The translations under genes were made by a program, and so were the position numbers. 12,850 nucleotides of DNA from a bacterium (GTDB taxonomy: Bacteria > Zhuqueibacterota > Zhuqueibacteria > Oceanimicrobiales > Oceanimicrobiaceae). Of this stretch, positions 6,945-12,850 are shown piece by piece. Location of the stretch: contig JBHHXN010000149.1 of the NCBI GenBank assembly GCA_046757025.1, forward strand, positions 1 through 12,850, read 5' to 3'. How positions within the stretch are numbered: position 1 is the first letter of the stretch; every line of letters begins with the position of its first letter. The notes beneath the pieces were generated by a model, which worked only from the letters and a program-made list of their open reading frames with translations, was not told the origin of the DNA and did no database searches.

Positions 6945-8084
6945 ATGACTTTAACCGAAGAACAGACTATGCTTCGTGATATGGTTCGAGATTTTGCTAC
7001 CAATGAAATTGAACCCATTGCTGCGGAGATAGATGAATCGTGTGAATTTCCCATGGCCAACATAAAAAAAATGGCGGAGCTGGGATTGCTGGGTATTCCC
7101 TTCCCGGAAGAATACGGCGGCGCCGGAATGGACACGCTCAGCTTTGCTCTGGCCATCGAGGAAATCGCCCGTGTGTGCGGCTCCACCTGCCTGATTGTGG
7201 CGGCTCACACCTCGCTGTGCGCCACCCCGATTTATCTTTTCGGAACCGAAGCCCAAAAACAAAAATATTTGACGCCTCTGGCGCAGGGTACCTCCCTGGG
7301 CAGTTTTTGTCTCACCGAGCCCGGCTCCGGATCAGACGCCGGCGCGGCTACCACCACCGCGGTCCTGGAAGGCGACCACTATGTACTCAACGGCAGCAAA
7401 GCCTTTGTTACCAACGCGGGCGTGGCGGAGTATTTTGTGGTCGTCGCCAAAACCGAACCGGACAAAGGTGTGCACGGTTTGTCTGCCTTTATTGTCGAAA
7501 AAGGCGCCGAAGGATTCGTCATCGGCAAAAAAGAAGAAAAACTGGGGGTTCGGGCCTCGGATACGCGCTGGATTTCTATTGACAATTGCCGGATTCCAAA
7601 AGAAAACCTGCTCGGTAAAGAGGGCGAGGGATTCAAAGAAGCGCTGGTGACGCTGGACGGCGGACGCATCGGCATCGGCGCCATGGCCGTGGGCATCGCT
7701 CAGGGTGCCATGGAAAAAGCCGTCGCTTACTCAAAAGAACGAGAAGCCTTCGGGAAAACCATTTCACAGTTTCAAGCCATTAGCTGGATGCTGGCGGACA
7801 TGGCAACGGAGATCCACGCCGGCCGTTTGATGGTGTTTGAAGCCGCTCGTTTGCGCGATGCCAACAAGCCCTATTCAAAAGAAGCCGCCATGGCCAAACT
7901 GTTCGCCTCGGAAGCCGCCATGCGCATCACAAAAAACGCTATTCAAGTGCTCGGCGGCTACGGATTTTGTAAAGATTATCCGGTGGAGCGCTACTGGCGG
8001 GATGCCAAATTAACGGTGATCGGCGAAGGCACTTCTGAAGTGCAGCGACTGGTGATTTCTCGCGAACTATTGAAAGAGTTTTGA
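6945..8084 (+). CDS. Acyl-CoA dehydrogenase (short/branched chain)
   Basis: ATG 6945 follows AGGAG (6934-6938); alternative GTG at 6921. Motifs PEEYGGAG, FCLTEPGSGSDA, LNGSKAFVTN, TLDGGRIGIGA, REAFGKTI, IQVLGGYG and IGEGTSEVQR. Confidence 0.93.
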   Translation: MTLTEEQTMLRDMVRDFATNEIEPIAAEIDESCEFPMANIKKMAELGLLGIPFPEEYGGAGMDTLSFALAIEEIARVCGSTCLIVAAHTSLCATPIYLFGTEAQKQKYLTPLAQGTSLGSFCLTEPGSGSDAGAATTTAVLEGDHYVLNGSKAFVTNAGVAEYFVVVAKTEPDKGVHGLSAFIVEKGAEGFVIGKKEEKLGVRASDTRWISIDNCRIPKENLLGKEGEGFKEALVTLDGGRIGIGAMAVGIAQGAMEKAVAYSKEREAFGKTISQFQAISWMLADMATEIHAGRLMVFEAARLRDANKPYSKEAAMAKLFASEAAMRITKNAIQVLGGYGFCKDYPVERYWRDAKLTVIGEGTSEVQRLVISRELLKEF

Positions 8085-8089
8085 TAAAG

Positions 8090-8932
8090 ATGAAATTTGG
8101 AGATTTTGAATTACACGTCATCAGCGACGGCAGCTTCCGACTGGATGGCGGCGCCATGTTTGGCGTGGTGCCGAAAGTACTGTGGCAAAAAACCAACCCC
8201 GCTGATGAATTAAATCGCATCGCATTGGGCTTGAATTGCCTGCTCATAAAAACCGAAACCGATCTCATCCTGGTGGACACTGGCATCGGCGAGCTTTATG
8301 ATGAAAAGTTCGCCAATATGTTCGGCATCGATAAATCCCACCATTTGCATCAGGAGCTGCAGGCGCTGGGAGTTCAAGCGCAGGAAATTACAAAAGTGAT
8401 TTTAACTCACCTGCATTTCGACCACTGCGGCGGGAATTGTTTGCAAAATGGAGTCGGCGAAATCGTGCCGGCGTTTCCGCGGGCACGGTACTTTATGCAG
8501 GTAAAAGAATTGGAATATGCCAATAACCCAGACCCGCGCAGTCGGGGCAGTTACCTGGCGCAGAATTGGACGGCCATCGAAAAAAGCGGTCAATTAGTGC
8601 TGCTATCTGGGGACGAAGAGATCGTGCCCGGTGTGCAAGTGGTGGTGACCGGCGGCCACACCCGGGATCATCAGATCGTCAAAATTCAGTCTGCCGGGCA
8701 TACGGCCTGTTTTCTCGCAGATCTGGTGCCAACGGATTCGCACCTGAAAACACCGTACGTGATGGGCTACGATCTTTACCCGAAAACCACCATGGAAAAG
8801 AAGCAGGCGGTGCTGCGACAAGCGTTAACCGAAAACTGGCTGCTGATTTTCGAGCACGCGCCGCAGGTGAAGGCCGGTTATCTGCGAAAAGAAAACGGTA
8901 AATTGCAGATCGAAAAAGTGGAAATTCGTTAA
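8090..8932 (+). CDS. Metallo-beta-lactamase-fold hydrolase, YtnP-like
   Basis: FRLDGGAMFGVVPKVLW N-terminal signature, LVDTGIG, THLHFDHCGG (HxHxDH), GGHT, ADL, MGYDLYP and FEH. Start at ATG 8090 or TTG 8081, which overlaps the upstream stop. Confidence 0.9.
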   Translation: MKFGDFELHVISDGSFRLDGGAMFGVVPKVLWQKTNPADELNRIALGLNCLLIKTETDLILVDTGIGELYDEKFANMFGIDKSHHLHQELQALGVQAQEITKVILTHLHFDHCGGNCLQNGVGEIVPAFPRARYFMQVKELEYANNPDPRSRGSYLAQNWTAIEKSGQLVLLSGDEEIVPGVQVVVTGGHTRDHQIVKIQSAGHTACFLADLVPTDSHLKTPYVMGYDLYPKTTMEKKQAVLRQALTENWLLIFEHAPQVKAGYLRKENGKLQIEKVEIR

Positions 8933-8934
8933 GC

Positions 8935-9092
8935 AGTGATTGTCCGAAAACTCGAGAAATGCGCGATTTAAAAACCTCTTTGCAAAGGCGTCCCTTCGAA
9001 AAAACTCAGGATAGGCCCTACCGAGCCAAGCAGGCGTCAACCCTCGGCCAAGAGGCCTTCGGGAAGACAGGGTCGTTTTCGGTCAGACACTA
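8935..9092. repeat. TIR-bounded MITE-like element
   Basis: AGTGATTGTCCGAAAA (8935-8950) and TTTTCGGTCAGACACT (9076-9091) are 13/16 inverted. Internal CCCTTCGAAAAAACTCAGGATA (8992-9013) resembles 118-138. Confidence 0.75.
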
Positions 9093-9122
9093 AAAAAAAA
9101 TTAAGCAAAGGAGCTTTTTGCT

Positions 9123-10307
9123 ATGTCAGAATTCAAGGAAGTGGTTATCACCAGCGCCTGCCGGACGCCCATCGGCGCGTTTAACGGCGCCCTGAGTACC
9201 TTCAGCGCGCCGCAGCTGGGCAGCCTGGTCATCAAAGAAGCGTTAACGCGTTCGGGCCTGGCGGGCCAGGACGTGAGCGAAGTGATTATGGGACAGGTGT
9301 TGACGGCCGGCGTGGGCCAAGCGCCTGCGCGTCAGGCGGCCATCGCAGCCGGTGTTCCCAACAGCGTGCCCTGCATGACTCTCAACAAAGTTTGTGGGTC
9401 CGGTTTGAAATCGGTGATGTTGGCGGCGCAGGCGATCATGGTAGGGGATGCTGAAATCGTCGTGGCCGGCGGTATGGAATGCATGTCCCGCGCGCCCTAC
9501 CTGCTGGACAAGGCGCGCAACGGTTATCGTCTGGGGCACGGTGAGCTCACCGACAGCATGATCAAAGATGGGCTTTGGGATGTGTACAACGATTACCACA
9601 TGGGAAACGCGGCCGAGCTTTGCGCCAGAGAGTGCCGGGTCTCGCGAGAGGCACAAGATGAATTTTCAATCCGATCTTACCAACGGGCGCTGGAGGCGCA
9701 AAAAAACGGGTATTTTAAAGACGAAATTGTGCCCGTGTCCGTTCCGCAGAGAAAGGGCGATTCGGTGATGGTTTCCGAGGATGAAGAACCCCCGCGCGTC
9801 AATTTTGAGAAACTGCCCACCCTGCGTCCGGTGTTTCAGAAAGACGGCACCGTGACTGCCGCAAACGCTTCTTCCATCAACGACGGCGCAGCGGCTTGTG
9901 TGGTCATGTCAGGCGAACGCGCACAGAAGTCGGGCTTGACGCCGCTAGTGACCATTCGCGCGCAGGCGTCTGCGGCCAAAGCGCCGGAGTGGTTTACCAC
10001 CGCACCTGCCGACGTCATTCAAAAGATTCTCCATAAAAGCCATTTAAATTTGGAAGACATCGAATTATTTGAAATCAATGAAGCTTTTGCTGTAGTGAAT
10101 CTGGCGGTGGCGGATAAACTAGGTCTCGACCAGAACAAAATGAACGTACACGGCGGCGCCGTGGCGTTAGGGCATCCCATCGGGGCCAGCGGGGCAAGAA
10201 TCCTGACCACCCTGATTTATGCCATGAAACGCTACAACAAAAAACGCGGTTTGGCCACGCTCTGTATCGGCGGCGGCGAAGCTTCAGCCGTTATTGTGGA
10301 AAGATAA
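9123..10307 (+). CDS. thlA: Acetyl-CoA C-acetyltransferase (classical bacterial thiolase)
   Basis: 394 aa with RBS AAAGGAG at 9107-9113. Motifs RTPIG, NKVCGSG (Cys), GGMECMS, INEAFA, GHPIGASG and LCIGGG (second Cys). Confidence 0.93.
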   Translation: MSEFKEVVITSACRTPIGAFNGALSTFSAPQLGSLVIKEALTRSGLAGQDVSEVIMGQVLTAGVGQAPARQAAIAAGVPNSVPCMTLNKVCGSGLKSVMLAAQAIMVGDAEIVVAGGMECMSRAPYLLDKARNGYRLGHGELTDSMIKDGLWDVYNDYHMGNAAELCARECRVSREAQDEFSIRSYQRALEAQKNGYFKDEIVPVSVPQRKGDSVMVSEDEEPPRVNFEKLPTLRPVFQKDGTVTAANASSINDGAAACVVMSGERAQKSGLTPLVTIRAQASAAKAPEWFTTAPADVIQKILHKSHLNLEDIELFEINEAFAVVNLAVADKLGLDQNKMNVHGGAVALGHPIGASGARILTTLIYAMKRYNKKRGLATLCIGGGEASAVIVER

Positions 10308-10364
10308 AGCGTGCGGGCGCGGCAGTAGTTAATGAAAATTATTGAATCATGAAAGGGTGTTAAA

Positions 10365-11216
10365 ATGGAAATTAAGCAGGTTGCGGTGGTGGGCGCCGGC
10401 GCCATGGGCAACGGCATCGCCCATGTTTTTGCGTTGGCGGGATTTGAGGTGTCGCTCATCGATATCAAACCGGAGTATGTAGAGCGGGCGCTTGCAACCA
10501 TCCAGAAAAATATGGAACGACAAATCAAAAAAGAAAAAATAAGCCAGAGTGAAGCCGACGCCGCGCTTTCTCGAATTGCTGCATCGACGGATCTGGAAAC
10601 CGTTAAAAATGTGCAATTGGTGGTGGAAGCAGCTACCGAAGAGGCCGTACTCAAAAAAGATCTGTTCACAAAGCTGGATGCGTTGTGCCCTGAAGCCGCG
10701 CTGCTGGCGTCCAATACTTCGTCCATTTCCATCACCGAGATTGCGGCGGTTACCGAGCGTCCGGATAAAGTCATCGGCATGCACTTTTTTAATCCGGTAC
10801 CCATGATGAGTCTGGTGGAAGTCATTCGCGGCCTGGCCACCAGTGACGGTACGTTTGTGGCGGTCATGGAGTTGAGCCAACAGTTGGGCAAGACGCCGGT
10901 AGCAGTGAACGACTACCCCGGCTTTGTTTCCAATCGGGTGTTGATGCCCATGATCAACGAAGCCATTTTTTGCGTCATGGAAGGGGTAGCAGAAAAGGAA
11001 GCCATCGATACGGTGATGAAATTGGGTATGGCGCATCCCATGGGGCCCTTGACTCTGGCCGATTTTATCGGATTGGATGTGTGTTTACATATCATGGAAG
11101 TTTTGCACAATAACCTGGGGGACGATAAATATCGGCCCTGTCCTTTACTGAGAAAAATGGTGGCGGCCGGGTATTTGGGTCGCAAAACCGGCAAAGGCTT
11201 TTTTCATTATACATAA
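10365..11216 (+). CDS. hbd: 3-hydroxybutyryl-CoA dehydrogenase
   Basis: 283 aa with Rossmann motif [12 protein letters not shown], plus [47 protein letters not shown] and [10 protein letters not shown]. Confidence 0.94.
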   Translation: MEIKQVAVVGAGAMGNGIAHVFALAGFEVSLIDIKPEYVERALATIQKNMERQIKKEKISQSEADAALSRIAASTDLETVKNVQLVVEAATEEAVLKKDLFTKLDALCPEAALLASNTSSISITEIAAVTERPDKVIGMHFFNPVPMMSLVEVIRGLATSDGTFVAVMELSQQLGKTPVAVNDYPGFVSNRVLMPMINEAIFCVMEGVAEKEAIDTVMKLGMAHPMGPLTLADFIGLDVCLHIMEVLHNNLGDDKYRPCPLLRKMVAAGYLGRKTGKGFFHYT

Positions 11217-11420
11217 CACCACCACGAAACTTGGTTATTCTGAGGAGTGAAACGACGAAGAATCTCAATCCATGAAAATGGATTTCCAGTCAATGATGAT
11301 TCTTCACCCGCTAATCCGGATTAAGAGCTGACATAAAATTGGAAGAAGTTTCGTTGCAGTAATCATGATCGAACGAAATCTTTTGATGACACAAAGATTC
11401 GAATTTTCGGTCAGACACTA
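11216..11420. repeat. Composite palindromic intergenic element (REP-like hairpin plus orphan TIR)
   Basis: Nested inverted pairs ACGAAACTT (11224-11232)/AAGTTTCGT (11346-11354), GAAGAATC (11257-11264)/GATTCTTC (11298-11305) and AATCCAT-GAAA-ATGGATT (11267-11284). TTTTCGGTCAGACACTA (11404-11420) is identical to 9076-9092. Confidence 0.7.
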
Positions 11421-11527
11421 GGTTAAAAAATACTTTTCTGACTGATTGATTTAGGATAAAAATTATAGAATTATCTGTTAGATTACCTAACGTAACTATT
11501 CACGAATAAAAAGAGAGAGGCAGCTTC

Positions 11528-12670
11528 ATGGATTTCTTTTTAACCGATGAGCAAAAACTTATACAACAAACTGCTTCTGAATTTGCTCAAAATGAAGTGG
11601 CGAAAGATGCGGCAGAACGAGACCAGAAAGAACAATTTCCGCAGCAGCACGTGAAAAAAATGGCCGAGCTGGGGTTCATGGGAATGATGGTAGATCCAAA
11701 ATACGGCGGTGCCGGACTGGACACCATCAGCTATGTGCTGGTGGTGGAAGAGCTGTCTAAAATCGATGCGTCCGTGGGCGTGGTTTGTTCGGTGAACAAC
11801 TCGCTGGTGTGCTATGGAATTGAAGCGTTTGGCACCGAACAGCTTAAACAGAAATATTTGGTTCCACTGGCGCAAGGTGAAAAATTAGGCGCGTTTTGTT
11901 TGTCGGAGCCGGCGTCGGGTTCGGATGCGGCTGCCATGAAAACCACTGCTGTGGCGAAAAACGGGCACTACCTTTTAAACGGTACAAAAAACTGGATTTC
12001 CAACGGAAAATTTGCCGATTACTACATTGTCATGGCGCAAACGCATCCCGCTGCCGGCCACAAAGGCGTCAGCGCTTTTATCCTGGAGAAAAGTTTTCCG
12101 GGCTTTGTCGTGGGCAAAAAAGAGAAGAAGCTTGGCATCCGCAGCTCCGATACGGTGTCGATCATGCTGGAAGATTGTGAGGTACCCAAAGAAAATTTGC
12201 TAGGGAAGGAAGGCGAAGGATTTAAAATTGCCATGAAAACCCTGGATGGCGGTCGAATTGGCATCGCGGCGCAGGCTGTGGGTATCGGACAGGGCTCTTT
12301 AGAAGCATCCATTAAATATGCCAAAGAACGCATTCAGTTCAATAAACCTATCGCACAATTCCAGGCGGTGCAATTTATGCTCGCCAATATGGAAACCAAG
12401 ATCAACGCAGCGCGCTTGCTGACTTTTCAAGCAGCCTGGAAAAAGGACCAAAATGAAAATTTTTCCGTGGAAGCAGCCAAAGCAAAACTGTTCGCTTCGG
12501 AGACCGCCGTAGAGTCCGCGTCCAATGCTGTACAAATTTTTGGCGGTTACGGTTTCTTAAAGGACTACCCCGTGGAACGATTTATGCGCGATTCCAAAAT
12601 AACCGAAATCTACGAGGGAACCTCTGAGATTCAACGACTGGTAATTGCACGTGGTGTGATTGGTAATTAG
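11528..12670 (+). CDS. Acyl-CoA dehydrogenase (butyryl-CoA/short-chain type)
   Basis: 380 aa with GAGAGG RBS. Motifs FCLSEPASGSDA, LNGTKNWISNG, KTLDGGRIGIAAQA, RIQFNKPI, QIFGGYG and KITEIYEGTSEIQR. Confidence 0.93.
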   Translation: MDFFLTDEQKLIQQTASEFAQNEVAKDAAERDQKEQFPQQHVKKMAELGFMGMMVDPKYGGAGLDTISYVLVVEELSKIDASVGVVCSVNNSLVCYGIEAFGTEQLKQKYLVPLAQGEKLGAFCLSEPASGSDAAAMKTTAVAKNGHYLLNGTKNWISNGKFADYYIVMAQTHPAAGHKGVSAFILEKSFPGFVVGKKEKKLGIRSSDTVSIMLEDCEVPKENLLGKEGEGFKIAMKTLDGGRIGIAAQAVGIGQGSLEASIKYAKERIQFNKPIAQFQAVQFMLANMETKINAARLLTFQAAWKKDQNENFSVEAAKAKLFASETAVESASNAVQIFGGYGFLKDYPVERFMRDSKITEIYEGTSEIQRLVIARGVIGN

Positions 12671-12794
12671 TGTCCATCCGTAAAGAGCCTTTTTTTGTCA
12701 TTCCCGCATCTTTAAGCGGGAATCCATTGGTCAGTTAGGCAGGAGATTCCCGATAACGGCACTCGGGAATGACGATTACGGATGGACACTAATT
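12665..12794. mobile_element. MITE-like element with a perfect 19-bp terminal inverted repeat and ATTCCC..GGGAAT REP-like interior
   Basis: AATTAGTGTCCATCCGTAA (12665-12683) is the exact reverse complement of TTACGGATGGACACTAATT (12776-12794). Interior GTCATTCCCGCATCTTTAAGCGGGAATCC and GATTCCCGATAACGGCACTCGGGAATGAC form an inverted pair of hairpins. No ORF. Confidence 0.75.
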
Positions 12795-12795
12795 T

Positions 12796-12850
12796 GTGAT
12801 TGACCGAAAAGTCCATATTTCTTCACCCTGAGCCCTTCGACAAGCTCAGG
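12796..12850. repeat. Left part of another copy of the 91-225 element (truncated by window end)
   Basis: GTGATTGACCGAAAA (12796-12810) is the exact reverse complement of 209-223. It is followed by 29 bp identical to 107-135. Confidence 0.8.

Noticed and set aside
614..12535. Numerous antisense and alternate-frame ORFs (e.g. 614-1294, 2338-2901, 6078-6563, 10232-10891, 10347-11036)
   Set aside because: They are shadows of well-supported + strand genes with GC-rich codons and have no family motifs.
91..12850. CRISPR array or integron attC cassette array interpretation of the dispersed repeats
   Set aside because: The repeats are not regularly spaced with unique spacers, there is no cas or integrase gene, the ends are not RYYYAAC/GTTRRRY cores, and the intervening genes are operonic housekeeping enzymes.

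Overview
A 12.85-kb, entirely + strand, bacterial-looking acyl-CoA metabolism region. It opens with an archaeal-type HMG-CoA synthase / thiolase / DUF35 trio. Next come an atypical GlmU-like nucleotidyltransferase and an AT-rich MntA-HepT toxin-antitoxin pair whose toxin is frameshifted just before its RNase motif. These are followed by a methylglutaconyl-CoA-hydratase-like crotonase, an acyl-CoA dehydrogenase with an isovaleryl-type Gly, a YtnP-like metallo-beta-lactamase-fold hydrolase, and a thiolase / 3-hydroxybutyryl-CoA dehydrogenase / acyl-CoA dehydrogenase run. Most large intergenic spacers hold palindromic repeats. Several share TAGTG-N5-CCG-N-AA terminal inverted repeats around different REP-like interiors, and a multiply nested inverted repeat lies upstream of the first gene. 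The most interesting inference is an HMG-CoA hub linking the archaeal-type synthase complex to branched-chain (isovaleryl/methylglutaconyl) CoA chemistry. All functional calls come from motif reading; no searches were run.
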